DNA of 64,000 bases from Eledone cirrhosa (lineage: Eukaryota). The stretch spans positions 21,452,001-21,516,000 of the forward strand of contig OZ024762.1 of the NCBI GenBank assembly GCA_964016885.1, read 5' to 3'. The notes beneath the pieces were generated by a model that was not told the origin of the DNA, ran no database searches, and saw nothing but the letters and a program-made list of their open reading frames with translations. The position numbers were made by a program, and so were the translations under genes. Positions within the stretch are counted from its first letter, which is position 1. Each line of letters begins with the position of its first letter. Positions 45,073-60,763 of this stretch are shown here, piece after piece.

Positions 45073-45369
45073 ATGGGGTTTTGATATGCACAATTGATAG
45101 AGCAACTGGTAAAAAAACCTTAACCCATTGCAGTATTGTTGTGAATTTTTACGCCCTGAGTTCAAATCCCACCGACGTCAACCATGTCTTTCATCCTTCA
45201 GGGGTCGATATTTAATTATCTTCTGCCTAAATTAGAAATCAATTTTTATCTATCTGACTGACTGTTTCTGAGTTTATCTAAATACGTTTTTTTCATGATG
45301 GCTGATTAGTAACAATACGTGATATCTCTCTATTTTATTTACTCCCATCTAGGTTTCTTTTCCCAAACG

Positions 45370-45743
<374 letters not shown>

Positions 45744-45934
45744 GCACACACTCACTCACGTTTTATCCTTTTCTGGAAGAAATCAATTGTGTTAGACGTC
45801 GATTAATCCTCTACATATCTCTTTCACTCCCCCCCCTCTCGCTCTGTCACCCTTTCTCTCTTTTTCTCTCTCTCCCTCTACCTATCTATCTATCTATCAA
45901 TATATATATATATATATATATATATAAGCATCAA

Positions 45935-46120
45935 AGGGCGGTGGATTGGCAGTATTGGTAGAGGGTCGGACGCCATGCTTTGACGTATAGAGTTACGGCC
46001 CTTGCCATTCTGAGTTCAAATCCCGCCGAGGTTAACTTTGCCTTTCATCCTTACGGGGTCGATAAAATAAAAGTACCAGTAATGCACTGGGGTAATTGCT
46101 GGCCTTGTGCCTAACGTAGA

Positions 46121-46125
<5 letters not shown>
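45935..46125 (+). mobile_element. Full-length young SINE family 1
   Basis: gggcggtggat TGGCAGTATTGG (A box)..GAGTTCAAATCC (B box)..ggccttgtgcctaacgtagaaacaat; in (TA)n. Confidence 0.92.
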
Positions 46126-46160
<35 letters not shown>

Positions 46161-46201
46161 CTTCAAAATATTAATAATATAGACATTCATGTGATCAAAT
46201 A

Positions 46202-46267
46202 TATTTTATTATACATATTTCAGAGGTACTGAGCTATTTCAACAGTACGTCCTCATCAGATAAAATA
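46202..46267 (-). ncRNA. Type I hammerhead motif, family E
   Basis: Reverse complement tattttat CTGATGA gga c gtactg..cagtac c tct GAAA tatgt ATA ataaaata; perfect 8-bp stem I. Confidence 0.8.
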
Positions 46268-46764
46268 AGTTGATGCCTGACATACCTTGACTATGTTGAT
46301 GGTTATAATTTAGTCATTGCAGAATAACTCCAGAAAACTCCAGAATAATTCCAGAAAACCTTCTTGTAGAGTGCTTCTAATCTATTGTAAAACTTTATTC
46401 ATTGATTAATTCATTGAACCTTGTTAAACTTTTGATCATATATATATATGTATATATATGCATCCATCCATCTACTATCTCTTTATTTCTCTCTCTCTCT
46501 TTCTTTCTATTTATCTATTATCTAACGATGTCTCTATCTATCTCTATGTTTCTTCCGCTCTCCCTTTTTCTTTCTTTCTCTCCATCTCTCTCCGATAAAG
46601 GACAAGTGTCCGAAATGTTGAGACTCTCTCCCAACTTTATCAAGTATTAAACCTATACACCATAATTGCATCGTATTTTTCTACTCCGCTTTCTTTCCTG
46701 ATTGACATTTACTTATATATAAATAACCTTAGAAATACATACATACATAATACATACATATATG

Positions 46765-46829
<65 letters not shown>

Positions 46830-46831
<2 letters not shown>

Positions 46832-47079
46832 GTATGTATCTATGTATCATATATATATATATTTGTGTGTGTGTGTATTTAAATGTCATATTGTAGTATT
46901 TTAAAGTATAATTCTCTCACCAGTTCAAACGTGTTTTCTGCTTCTGTTCCCAAAGTAGGATGAAAGAAAGTAATTCAGTTACCAATAAAGAAAATAAATG
47001 GAATTTTAACTCTGTAACACAGAGCATTCCTATTACCTAATTTAAAACAAATTTATTTATTACGTTTATTGCTTAAAGA

Positions 47080-47082
<3 letters not shown>
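46830..47082. repeat. ~250-bp direct duplication, copy 1 (copy 2 at 49689-49941)
   Basis: Near-identical, including the flanking microsatellite pattern. Confidence 0.9.
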
Positions 47083-47120
<38 letters not shown>

Positions 47121-48968
47121 GTATGTATGTATGTATCATATATATATATATTTGTGTGTGTGTGTATGTATGCGTATTTATAAGTTTCTACACATAGACA
47201 CACACACATTTGATGGATGTGAATCCGAAATATATAGGGACTATTAAATCTCTCCCAAGGTAACTCTCTCTTGTGTTGTTATTTTTATTTTTATCCTTTA
47301 TACTCTTCCCGTCATTCTACACATCTCACACATCTTATACACACCACGCACCTCAACGTACACCCACTTACATCTCTCTCTCCACCACCGGACCTTGTTA
47401 CCCGGAGATTTACCCATTTGCATTGTCGAGGCTTCCAAACGACTTAAAGATATATATATATATATATACATATGTACATAGATTTATACAAATATCCCTT
47501 TTAGATATATGCCATTATGTCATGACATTGAACTGTTGGAGCTATTAGATCCGCATGTTGTCTGGGATTTGCAAACTGAAATTTGTCTTAGGAAAAAAAT
47601 CTAGAAAGGTTAGCAATAATGTTATTATATAGAAATAATTAGATAGTGTTATATCTCAATCAATATGTTGAATGATAGCTTACATTGAATTGGAGTACAT
47701 CTGTTCTCTGTGCCGTGCTGTAATGCTAGTGAAGAAAACCTATTTTAGAGTCGATATCTTAGAGAAGAACAAGTAAGTTAAATAGAAGTAAAAGAAATAT
47801 TAGATAATAGCAGTAATCTATGATATGTGGTTTATGATCACGTATCTATACTACGTAGATATTATCAATCAAATATTGTTAAGCAGACTAGAGACAGTGT
47901 AATGTGTATATATCTATTGAATTAACGCTAGTGTAGGTGTCGTCTAAAATGTCGGCTATGGTGGAAATAGGATAGGAAGAGTGTGTGGAGAAAGGGAAAA
48001 AGGGAACGAGAGAGGGTGGTTGTGGGTTTTTTTTAATCCCTCACTCTAATAAGTGTTTATGGAAAGAGAATAGTGAGACTGTATGAGCAATTTATCTATC
48101 ATAGTGTGTGTATGTATGTGTATCATAATCCATAAAGCTCAGTGTATGGACATGCTCCTTTGTTTTAGAAATCTACGATATAGAATTTCTTCAATTGAAA
48201 TTTACAATTCAGTATTCGAAATAGCTTCGATTGCGTCTTGGCACATATAGTTTTTTCAATTTCACCCACAATTACGCAAAAAATAGATAAAACTCAATAT
48301 TTTACGATTTTCTCTCTCATTTAAACTGCTAAACTCTTTCCATTACCATTCAAAATCTATACAACTTCATACTTTCTGCTACTTTCTCTTTCCAAGCTTG
48401 ATGGTGATACTGTCCGTTTTACTCTCTCATATCATCTGCTATCTCTATCTACAACCCACACATTTTGCTACTTTCTCTTTTATACTTCCAACTTACTGAT
48501 TTATTTCCAAACGCATATAAACACACACTCACTTCAAATGATAAAAAAAACATTTAAAGCAATTAAACAACGTGCGTGATTTATAACCACACTAACTTTT
48601 AGTTGCTTCAAATTTAATGATTTATTTACAAACACATACAAACACATACTCAAGAGAGAAGAGAGAGAGAGAACGTTTATTATTACATAAAGTACCAGCA
48701 ATGTACTGGGTAATTGCTGGCCTTGTGCCAAAAAATAGAAACAATTATTACATTTCATACGAAACGACAATTATTCAAAAGCAACAGATACATTTATTCA
48801 ACAACAAGCGATAAATCTTTTTTAAAACCTCTCAACGAACGTGGATTCTTACAGACTTTGAGTCGAATCGGTTTGAAATTGTGCAAATGTATAAACATGG
48901 AACATGTGCACACACACAACAACAACAACAATCTGCCTTTTATAGATAATGATAAACAATAATATCCT

Positions 48969-49144
48969 CTATGAGGTCACTAAACCTGCTAGAAACAGCA
49001 GCTAACTCTCCCCCATACCACACCCCTCCCTACTGTCTTAAATTTAGAAAACATATCTTATATGAGGTCACTAAACCTGCTAGAAACAACAGCTAACTCT
49101 CCCTCATAACACACCACTCCCTACTGTCTTAAATTTAGAAAACA
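48969..49144. repeat. Tandem duplication of a ~90-bp repeat fragment
   Basis: tatgaggtcactaaacctgctagaaac..ctactgtcttaaatttagaaaaca twice; related inverted sequence near 57435-57485. Confidence 0.85.
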
Positions 49145-49403
49145 CACAGACAACCATGCAGAACAACTCCATCGCAGCTCTGTTGTTCGGCTGGCATCGT
49201 CTACGCGCGTGTTGCGCAAGTACTGTGAAACAATAAATTTCAACACTTTTTTGCACAGAGATAATATCCATAGGCGAAACTACAATTGTCACTGCTGACG
49301 CAGCTCATGCTTCCAGGTCTGCAATTCATTCACCCAGTGCCTGGCAGACAAAAGAGTGCTGCCATAAAATGGGTGGTGCAACCTAACTTTGGTAACTGAA
49401 TGA

Positions 49404-49432
49404 CCCCGAGCAACGCCGGGCTTTAATGCTAG

Positions 49433-49433
<1 letters not shown>
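49404..49433 (+). mobile_element. Helitron-like 3' terminus
   Basis: Hairpin cccgagcaacgccggg, 8 nt spacer, CTAG|T. Confidence 0.7.
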
Positions 49434-49464
<31 letters not shown>

Positions 49465-49586
49465 TATTGTATATATATATATATATATACATATATTTAT
49501 TTAATTATATATGTATATATATATATTTATATATATTTATGTATATATTTATATAAATACATATATATATATACATACATACACAC

Positions 49587-49690
<104 letters not shown>

Positions 49691-49937
49691 GTATGTATCT
49701 ATGTATCATATATATATATATGTGTGTGTGTGTGTATTTAAATGTCATATTGTAGTATTTTAAAGTATAATTCCTTTCCCAGTTCAAACGTGTTTTCTGC
49801 TTCTGTTCCCAAAGTAGGATGAAAGAAAGTAATTCAGTTACCAATAAAGAAAATAAATGGAATTTTAACTCTGTAACACAGAGCATTCCTATTACCTAAT
49901 TTAAAACAAATTTATTTATTACGTTTATTGCTTAAAG

Positions 49938-49973
<36 letters not shown>

Positions 49974-50076
49974 GTGTGTGTATGTATGTATATATATATA
50001 TATATATGAATGTATGTATGTATATATATATATGTGTGTCTATGTATATATATATATATATATATATACGTGTGTG

Positions 50077-50118
<42 letters not shown>

Positions 50119-50132
50119 TGTATGTATGTATA

Positions 50133-50170
<38 letters not shown>

Positions 50171-50286
50171 AACATATATATGAATGTATGTATGTATGTA
50201 TATATATATATATGTGTGTGTATCTATATATATATATATATATATATATATGAATGTATGTATATATATATATATATATATGTGTG

Positions 50287-50340
<54 letters not shown>

Positions 50341-50747
50341 TGTATGTATGTATATATATACATATACATATACAATATGCCCTCTCAGAGAGTATATTTA
50401 ATCGTTTACGCTTGATACTTTCTCTTCGTACGAACGCTTGTAAATATTGTTTGTTTTTACTCTTGGCCTTTTTTATTTATTTTCTTGATTCGTTTCGTTT
50501 CTTAATTTACCAGAGTCCAACGCAAGAAAAATACAATACAATAAATAGTATGGAAAACAAATGGAAACTTTAGAATGTAATTTTAGCAAAGGTCAATACT
50601 TGGCTCATGTTTTCGCTCCAAAACGTCCTGATATCTCGTGTCCAGATATTCAATTTGTAGCTCCAATTGCAGATATATCGAATGTAACATACTACCGAGA
50701 AAACATGGCTACATTTATATTAACTATATATATATATATATATAGGT

Positions 50748-50787
<40 letters not shown>

Positions 50788-50879
50788 GTATGTATATATG
50801 TATATATATATATATGTATATGTATATATGTGTATATATATATGTATATATATATATAATATATATTATATATATATGC

Positions 50880-50915
<36 letters not shown>

Positions 50916-50936
50916 GTTTATATATATATATATGTG

Positions 50937-50990
<54 letters not shown>

Positions 50991-51051
50991 ATATATATAT
51001 ATATGTTTATATATATATATGTTTATATATGTTTATATATATATATATGTG

Positions 51052-51137
<86 letters not shown>

Positions 51138-51153
51138 TATATATATATATGTT

Positions 51154-51250
<97 letters not shown>

Positions 51251-51328
51251 AAAACTATAAAAAGGCACACCCAAATACACACCTATGTGATTATATATCT
51301 ATATCTATTTATCTATCTATCTATATAT

Positions 51329-51363
<35 letters not shown>

Positions 51364-51728
51364 GTTAATAAAGACTGGGACATCGTTACTGTGTTTAGCT
51401 GTAATCTAAAGTGAAGTATGCTACAGGGTATTACATCTCCATTACACTTTGTGGCGTATGATTCCAGTTATGTCAGACTGGCAGCCATGTTCTTCACGAG
51501 CAATTTACTGTGTTGGTCGCTTTCAGATATCATCAGCAAACAATACGCCATGTGATTTTGGACACACACACACACACTCACACAGGCACACACACACACA
51601 CGCTCACACAAACACACACACACATATATATATTTGTTTATATAATAAACACAAAAACAGTTACTTATGATTAGCCCAATTTATTTTATAAATCAACTAA
51701 CCTTTTTTTTTATTGAACTCACACGCTC

Positions 51729-51799
<71 letters not shown>

Positions 51800-51818
51800 G
51801 TTATATAGACACGCACAC

Positions 51819-51899
<81 letters not shown>

Positions 51900-52027
51900 C
51901 ATATACATACATATATATATATATATATTTATACGCACACACTCATATATATATATATGTATACATATAAGTATATAAATATATATATGTATATGTGTGT
52001 GTATGTATGTAATATACATATTTGGAA

Positions 52028-52511
52028 ATCCTGCAGGACTACAAACAAAACCTGTGAAAGGGCAAAGGAGCTCTTAAGAGTCAATGGCCATCCAAAATCA
52101 CTGGGAGAGATGACCCCTTAGCCTTTGTCAAGGCAGAATTCTAGGAGAAGGAAAACTCTGATATAACACCTGCAACTCTGATGGTATCCAATGATGTTGA
52201 CTTGTTCTTCTTTTTGCTAAATATCATCTTGGTTAAAAGAGTGGGACTGGCTTTGTGCAGTGCCTTTGCTCACTTTAAAAGCTTCACGGCACAGGCATTG
52301 CTTTATATCTGGAGATCTCTCTGCACTTGTCGTCACATGGTACGATGGGCCCAGCACTATGTGTCAATAATTGTCACAAGTGTAGTGTTTGTACCAGAGT
52401 TTTCAAGTCGCTGGCTGGACTAAAAAGTCACACTCGTTCAGCGCATCAGTAGGGGTTCTCCTACATGGATATAAAGTAGTGGCCGTACTAGAAAACGAGT
52501 TGGCAGCCACC

Positions 52512-52513
<2 letters not shown>
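52028..52513 (+). mobile_element. Family C copy 2
   Basis: Near-identical to 15342-15820; ends ggcagccaccat-(TA)n. Confidence 0.75.
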
Positions 52514-52561
<48 letters not shown>

Positions 52562-52789
52562 TAGGTGTGTGTCTGTAACACATTTATACACACATACACA
52601 ATATATTTCCTATCTCAGTCATATTGCGCAATAAGTCTCCCTTCACATGACAGAGTCCTGGTTTCTACCCTGCATGTGTGTCTGTAAATAATTCTCTCTC
52701 CAGGGTTACTCATATATTTATTGGTGTACGTGATTTATACATACTTGTACATGGCCTGCGATGAATATTTGTCATTAACTCTATCGCAA

Positions 52790-53541
52790 TGACCACCATC
52801 GTCATCACTACCGCCATTACAGTCTCTCATCACCATCATCACCACCATCACTATCATGACGACCACTGGCACCACCACTACCACCAGCACCACCACCAAC
52901 ACCATCACCACCACCACCAGCATCACTACCATCACCAGCATCACTACTATCACCACCACCACCACCACTACCATCACCACCACTACCACCAGCACCACCA
53001 CCAACACCATCACCACCACCACCAGCATCACTACCATCACCAGCATCACTACTATCACCACCACCACCACCACTACCATCACCACCACTACCACCACGAC
53101 CACTACCATCACCACCACCACTACCATCACCACCACCACCACCACTACCATCACCACCAACACCACCACTACCATCACCACCACCACCACCACCACCACC
53201 ACCATCACCACCACCACCACCACTACCATCACCACCACCACCACCACCACCACCACCACCACCATCACCACCACCACCACCACTACCATCACCACCACCA
53301 CCACCACCATCACCACCACCACCAGCATCACTACCATCACCAGCATCACTACTATCACCACCACCACCACCACTACCATCACCACCACTACCACCAGCAC
53401 CACCACCAACACCATCACCACCACCACCAGCATCACTACCATCACCAGCATCACTACTATCACCACCACCACTACCATCACCACCACCACCACCACCACC
53501 ACCACCACCACCACCACCACCACCACCACCACCACCACCAT
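52790..53541. repeat. (CAC/CAT/TAC)n array with ~105-bp higher-order blocks
   Basis: accagcatcactaccatcaccagcatcactactatc recurs four times; yields poly-H/T/V/G ORF artefacts. Confidence 0.93.
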
Positions 53542-53673
53542 ATACAATAACACCGACCAAACAATTCAATCAAGTACTCAGTCTCCCTCATGCATACAAA
53601 CATGTAATATCCACTGAACCTTTCACCTAAATCTAATCCTATATATCATCTAACTTTGTGCCAGACAACATAC

Positions 53674-53784
<111 letters not shown>

Positions 53785-53794
53785 TATATATATA

Positions 53795-53868
<74 letters not shown>

Positions 53869-53969
53869 TATATATATAAATATATATATATAAATATATA
53901 TATATATAAATATATATATATATAAATATATGTATGTATATATTTTATATATATATATATGTGCGTATA

Positions 53970-54048
<79 letters not shown>

Positions 54049-54093
54049 TTATATATATATATTTATATATATATATATTTATATATATATATT

Positions 54094-54164
<71 letters not shown>

Positions 54165-54316
54165 ATTTATATATATATATTTATATATATATATTTATAT
54201 ATATATATATTTATATATATATATTTATATATATATATAAACAGAAAAGGTAAGTAGGCAAAGAGTACTTACATAAACTTAGTACCATAGGCCGGAGCAA
54301 AGGAGGTCATATATAT

Positions 54317-54405
<89 letters not shown>

Positions 54406-54500
54406 TATATACATATATATATACATACATCTAATATCCACTGAACCTTTCACCTAAATCTAATCCTATATATCATCTAACTTTGTGCCAGACAACATAC

Positions 54501-54707
<207 letters not shown>

Positions 54708-54844
54708 TATACGCACATATATATATATATATAAATATATACGTACATATATTTATATATGAATATATATATATATATGAAAACAGGGAGAAAAAGACGA
54801 TTATTAGGAAGAAAAATATATGCTTCCTCTCCATATTTTATTAT

Positions 54845-54899
<55 letters not shown>

Positions 54900-55273
54900 T
54901 ATACATACATATATACTTATATATATATATACATACGTATGTATGTCGGTGTATGTATACAACAGTATATTTACACCGGTGTATTACATTCCTTTAGTTG
55001 AACCAGGCTATATATACAACATCTTCTATACCACTTTCCACCGGAATATAATCTTATGCATTATCTTGCATACTAAGTTTGACTTTCCATTATTGTAAAT
55101 GAGTATATATAGTACGATATATAAATATGTATACCAGCCATTTTCTACTAGACTATATATAGAGATGGTCTGCCGCAACGAGCACACCGAATTTTTGGGC
55201 CATCTCCGAATCAAATATATTGTCTATTGTCTGTTTGTGATTCCTTTCATTGATTAACTAATTATGCAATCAA

Positions 55274-55329
55274 CACCTGATGATATCGTCATTGTCTTAC
55301 GTAACCAGGCCATTGAAATATATATAGTG
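55274..55329 (+). ncRNA. Candidate type I hammerhead motif
   Basis: cac CTGATGA t at c gtc..ggc c at t GAAA tatat ATA gtg; short stem I, palindromic stem III, AATAAA 12 nt downstream. Confidence 0.5.
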
Positions 55330-55479
55330 CTTTTCGCAACAATAAAACTTTAAAAGACTATCTCCTGTCCGGCCTTCTGTTGTTCTAATTAAAAGTATAT
55401 AATTGCTCTTTACTCTCTTTACTCTTTGTTCTTGAATGTTTGGCTGGTAGAGTCCATAACACCAATCAAACTCCTTTTA

Positions 55480-55528
55480 TAGCTCTGACGAATCCTACGG
55501 TTACGTTAGGTAGAGACATTGTAAGCCA
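55480..55528 (+). ncRNA. Degenerate hammerhead motif (GAGA instead of GAAA)
   Basis: tagct CTGACGA at cct acg..cgt t agg ta GAGA catt GTA agcca, then aataaaa. Confidence 0.5.
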
Positions 55529-55568
55529 ATAAAAATCTTTTGATGTTGTAGACGCTCTTGTGTTCTTT

Positions 55569-55607
<39 letters not shown>

Positions 55608-55829
55608 AAAAGAGCAAATAATCAAAATATAACGGATTTTTTCTTCAAAGTTCCGAGTGTACAGTTTCGCCGAGTGGTTGGCAGCTAGAGTACAACTAAA
55701 GTGCGCCAAGCCCGTCAAGAGACCCTTTAATGAAGGGACGAATTCTTGAAGTTTATATGTGTGTGTGTGTGTGTGTGTGTGTTTATACTTATGTATCTAT
55801 ATGTATGTGTATCTTATCATTTTATAGAA

Positions 55830-56140
55830 GGGTGGTGGACTGGCAGTATTGGTAGAGTGTCGGACAACATGCTCTGCAGCATAGAGTTATGGCCCTTTAC
55901 ATTCTGAGTTTAAATCCCACCGAGGTTTTCTTTCCCTTTCATCCCAACTGGATCGATTAAATCGACCCAGTAACGCATTGGGATCGATTTAATCGACTTT
56001 CCCCTCCACTAAACATTCCTGGCCTTGTGCCTAAATCAGAAATCATCATTTTTGTCTTTCATCCTTACGGGGTCGATAAAATAAAGTACCAGTAATGTAC
56101 TGGGTAATTGTTGGCCTTGTACCAAAAGTAGAAACAATTA
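55830..56140 (+). mobile_element. SINE family 1, full copy plus tandem partial
   Basis: A/B boxes and two ggccttgt..agaaa tails. Confidence 0.85.
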
Positions 56141-56277
56141 TTTTATATATACATATGTTTACATATATAATGAAACATTTCTCATGGCTGACACTTTGTA
56201 CTTACAGGTACATCTTATTTTTAAATTGTGCGAACTGGAGCAACGTGAAATTGTGTGTCTTGCTCTGGGACGCATTG

Positions 56278-56493
56278 TTTAGCTGACCTCCTCCAAGGTA
56301 TATCTCATTGGAGGTGTCTTGGGTAATTTAGACCCAGGTCCTATCATCTCATTTCTACAGCTGAGTAAACTGGAGCAACGTGAAATAAAGTGTCTTGCTC
56401 AAGGAAACAACACAACACCCGGTCCGAGAATTGAACTCACAACCTTTCGATTGCAAGCCCAATGCACTAACCACTAAGCCATGCGCCTTCACT
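56278..56493 (-). mobile_element. SINE family 2 nested inside an older SINE family 2 copy (56230-56580)
   Basis: Flanking near-direct repeats tgggacgcattg (56266-56277) and tgggagacattg (56494-56505); the host SINE continues across the insertion. Confidence 0.75.
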
Positions 56494-57170
56494 TGGGAGA
56501 CATTGCGCCACGGGGAATCGAAATCGCGCATATACGATCATGTGCCGAACAACTGAACCATTAAGCCACCCTCATTCACGGTAGCTTTTCTATTTTGGGC
56601 TGTCCAGCTACCTATCGTTTGGCAATTATGTTTCATGGACGGCTAGATAGTTGCGGGGTTACAAGAAAGAAGCCATATCTTCTTGCAATAAATATTGTTC
56701 CTATGTCATTTTGTTTCAATTCGAAGTAATAGAATAACTCTATTGCAATAATAAACTTTGGATTTCTGACAAATTCTGAACCTGCACCTAGGAAAGCGAT
56801 TCATTGTCAGCTTGGCTGCAGCAATTCTAAGCAATTTTATTACGGACGTTTTAAGCGACTGTTTCTACTGTAAATCTCGAAATTATTTCTCTCGTAGGAA
56901 AGTAACAACTGACATTACGTTGGTGTAGTTTCCTAAAATAAATAATATACATAAAAATTTCCCTGTAGAACTTTCTGAACCATAAATTTGTTGAACATGA
57001 CAAACATATATGCCCGGGACTGTATTGAATTAGAAACTTTCCATTTGCAAAGGTTGATATTTGTTACTGTTAAAGAAGTCATCATCATCATCATCATCAT
57101 CATCGTTGTTGTTGTTGTTGTTGTTGTTGTTCTTCTTCTTCTTCTTCTTCTTCTTCTTCTTCTTCTTCTT

Positions 57171-57201
<31 letters not shown>

Positions 57202-58239
57202 AATACATACATAAATATATACATACATAAACACGTGCATACATAAATACGTGCATACATACATACACACACATATATATATATACATAGTATGAGTGTA
57301 TTGTGTAGACACTGTCAATAGTTACTGTTTAGCCCAGGTCATTCTTGGTCCCATCATTACAGACGTTCCAGCCATGACCGTTCCACAATTTTTTTTAAAT
57401 ATGAAAGTCTATATTACTTAATGTCTTCTTCCTCTTTTAAGACAGCAGTATATGATTTGAGGGAGATTTGGCCGCCATTTCTTGCTCATCCAGTGAACAT
57501 ATAGACGGTTCAATATTGGCTCTCGATTATCAATCATTGTTAATAACTTCTTTCTAACATTGGCTCAAGGACAGCAATTTCTGGGAAGGAAAACGTTGAT
57601 TATAGTGACTCCAGTATTTAACTGGTATTACATTTTAATCAACCCCAGAAGTATGCAAGTCAAAGTTGACCAATAACGTTAAATCTGATTTCGATAATTT
57701 TAAGAGGCTGAGAGAGTGGGATTCCATAAGATATTGCCGGACTGTATATCTCTTACTGTTATTAGTGAGCAAAATGGCCGATAGATATTCTTTAATGAGT
57801 GTAGAATTTAGTGCCATGTTAATCGACTCAGCGCAACAGCATTAGTCGGTATTCCTCTGTGTATCAGACTATTTGCCCTCTAACAGCGAATCAAATATTG
57901 CATATCACAAATAGAACTTAGCTAAGTGAAAGGGTAATTATATAAATCATGAGGGAATGCGTTAAACACTTATATGCCAAACGAACATTAACGTAAAATC
58001 GAAGTTTCTAGCCAAACATGGACTCTAGATAATGCGTTTAGCTAGTTGTAAAATCTCGCTATAAAACCTACGCTAAACCAACGTAAAATCGAAACTTTTG
58101 CTTGAACACCGGGCCAGCGATTCGCTACAGTCATTAAAACGTATGAAGACTTTGTGTTATTCATGCAGGCCTCAGCTCAAATTTGCCTTTCATCCTTTTG
58201 AGGTTGATAAACTAAAATTAACAGTCATTAAGATGGTAT

Positions 58240-58420
58240 TCATAACATCATCAATGAGACATCAGTCAAACATTCCTGACAAATTCCCTCCCCAATTCAT
58301 GATCTTCCATTGCTCCTGGCAACTGTTCCCTAATGGGGTTTGTATCGTAGGAGAGTTGATCGATCAATGTTCAAGGAGGTCTTCCTCTACTGAGTCTTCC
58401 GTGAGTTGGTTCCCCACAAC
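58240..58420 (-). pseudogene. RTE-X-type LINE C-terminal relic
   Basis: EPTHGRLSRGRPP*TLIDQLSYDTNPIREQLPGAMEDHELGREFVRNV*. Confidence 0.75.
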
Positions 58421-58436
58421 GGTACTTTATCTAAAA

Positions 58437-58630
58437 TAATTGTTTCTACTTTTGGCACAAGGCCAACAATTATCCCAGTGTATTACTGGTACTTTATTTT
58501 ATCGACCCCGTAAGGATGAAAGGCAAAGTTAACCTCGGCGGGATTTAAACTCCGACCATAAAGGGCCGTAACCCTTTGATGCAAAGCATGGCGTCCGACC
58601 CTCTACCGATACTACCAAACCACCGCCCTT
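58437..58630 (-). mobile_element. Full-length SINE family 1
   Basis: Matches the reverse complement of 45935-46125. Confidence 0.9.
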
Positions 58631-59640
58631 ACTTTATCTTAAATAATGTCGGAAGATTTAAGTCAAATAGCAACACTTTTAAAAACAGGGGGTTTTTGTT
58701 TCGAAGCAGAGGCGATATTTAGGGGCAGGTTGTTAATAATGGGATGAAGTATGGGATGTAAAATCTTCATTATATCAGTGTAAAAATACAAAGTTTTAGT
58801 AAAACATTTACTATAGAAAGTAAAGTTAGCCAGCAGCAAATATCTGAAAGTGCATAACAAATAAAAGGCTATAGTATGTTATTATATATACACACATCTA
58901 TGCATGACAACACGGAGTGACAGCTTGGAAAGTTTCCAATCAGGGTGCATGCAGACAATTGACACTCAACCATCTACTGGTGTCATAGTTCATAATAACT
59001 GCAAAACATTCTAGCCGATGATAGAAGAAGAAATAAAGAATGGAGGCTTGAATAACAGATAGAAAGACAGAAAGAATGAAAGGGAGAAAGGAAGACAGAA
59101 AGAAAGAAAGAACGAAATAAAGGGGTGAAAAAAAAGAAACGAAAGCTGGGAAAGTAGAAAATAGTTGGTAAAACAGTTCAAAATGAAGGAGTTAAGTTAA
59201 TAGCATCATTCATAAATCTCAAAATCTTTATTGGATTTTAAAAATCAATATTTCTCACTAAGTAATTGATCAGTTGAGCACTTTAAGCTCCTCCGCATAA
59301 AGAATGTTTTCTGGCAATTTTTTCGTTTTGTTTTATTGTTTGTTTCGTTGATGTTGTTTTTATTCAAATCTAAGGAATTTCTTTTTTTTTTATTTTGGTA
59401 ATTTACTTTCAATTATTCTAAGTATCGTCAATAAGTTTTTGTTTTAAAACGATTACAGTTTTTTTCACTCCCCCCCCCCCCCCCTCTCTCTCTCTATCTC
59501 TCTCTCTGTCTCTCTCTCAGTCTCTCCCATATTATCTTTATTAGTCTGCCATTCTGTTTTTCATTCTCACCCCATACTCCTAGTGTATTTCATTGGGGGT
59601 TTTAACGATATTGGCCTCGGACCTGTCACGCACATGCACA

Positions 59641-59735
<95 letters not shown>

Positions 59736-59766
59736 GAGAGTGTTGAAGTTTGCTTGTGCGTGCGTT

Positions 59767-59802
<36 letters not shown>

Positions 59803-59852
59803 GGAAAAATTTGAACAGGGACAAAACAGAGAGGCAGTACAACGAATGTTTA

Positions 59853-59907
<55 letters not shown>

Positions 59908-59910
<3 letters not shown>

Positions 59911-60235
59911 TTCTACTTTTGGCACAAGGCCAGCAATTATCCCAGTGCATCACTGGTATTTTATCTTATCGACCCCCGTAAGGGTGAAAGGCAAAGTTAA
60001 CCTCGGCGTGATTTGAACTCAGAATGGCAAGGGCCGTAACTCTATGCGTCAAAGCATGGCGTCCGACCCTCTACCGATACTGACAATATAATTGTTTCTA
60101 CGTTAGGCACAAGGCCAGCAATTACCCAGTGCATTACTGGCACTTTATTTTATCGACCCCGTAAGGATGAAAGGCAAAGTTTACCTCGGCGGGATTTGAA
60201 CTCAGAATAGCAAGGGCCGTAACTCTATGCGTCAA
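59908..60235 (-). mobile_element. Two tandem SINE family 1 copies
   Basis: Consensus match twice. Confidence 0.9.
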
Positions 60236-60396
60236 ATATAATAATAACTCATTACGTATACACTAACGGATATCTGAGACGTAGGGTTGTAATTATTCTT
60301 TGTTCTGAAATCCTGTTTGTTTTGGATTGGCAGAGTCGTTAATACAACCGATAGAATGTATTATGTTCTTTGTTTCGGCTTTATAGATAGATATAT

Positions 60397-60488
60397 TTAT
60401 TGCCTCCTCCTTATTGAGGACGCCTTGTTTTGTAAACTCCCCCCATTGTACTTGTCCCACTTTTGATGCCCTGGTGGCAAATAAAAGA

Positions 60489-60490
<2 letters not shown>
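60397..60490 (+). mobile_element. Tx1-type LINE extreme 3' end
   Basis: Near-identical to 1399-1492. Confidence 0.85.
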
Positions 60491-60552
<62 letters not shown>

Positions 60553-60720
60553 TATAGATACATATATATATACATATGTGTGTTTTAGGTAATTCCGAAG
60601 CATAAGCAAAGAAGAAAGAGTGCTCTATGTATAGAACAGAGGTATTTAATTAGAAAGTGAACAACACAAAATATAACTCGTCCATTACCAAAGGTTTCTG
60701 GTCCCTTGTTCGTCATTTTC

Positions 60721-60761
<41 letters not shown>

Positions 60762-60763
<2 letters not shown>

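Noticed and set aside
45945-46030. tRNA gene
   Set aside because: A/B boxes belong to a multi-copy SINE head; no cloverleaf or oligo-T terminator
51506-51546. Minus-strand CTGATGA tatct GAAA
   Set aside because: Stem III and the cleavage triplet do not fit; at best a decayed copy
52735-53617. 250-270-aa poly-His/Thr/Gly/Val ORFs
   Set aside because: Open in several frames on both strands because of the trinucleotide repeat; no splice or codon evidence
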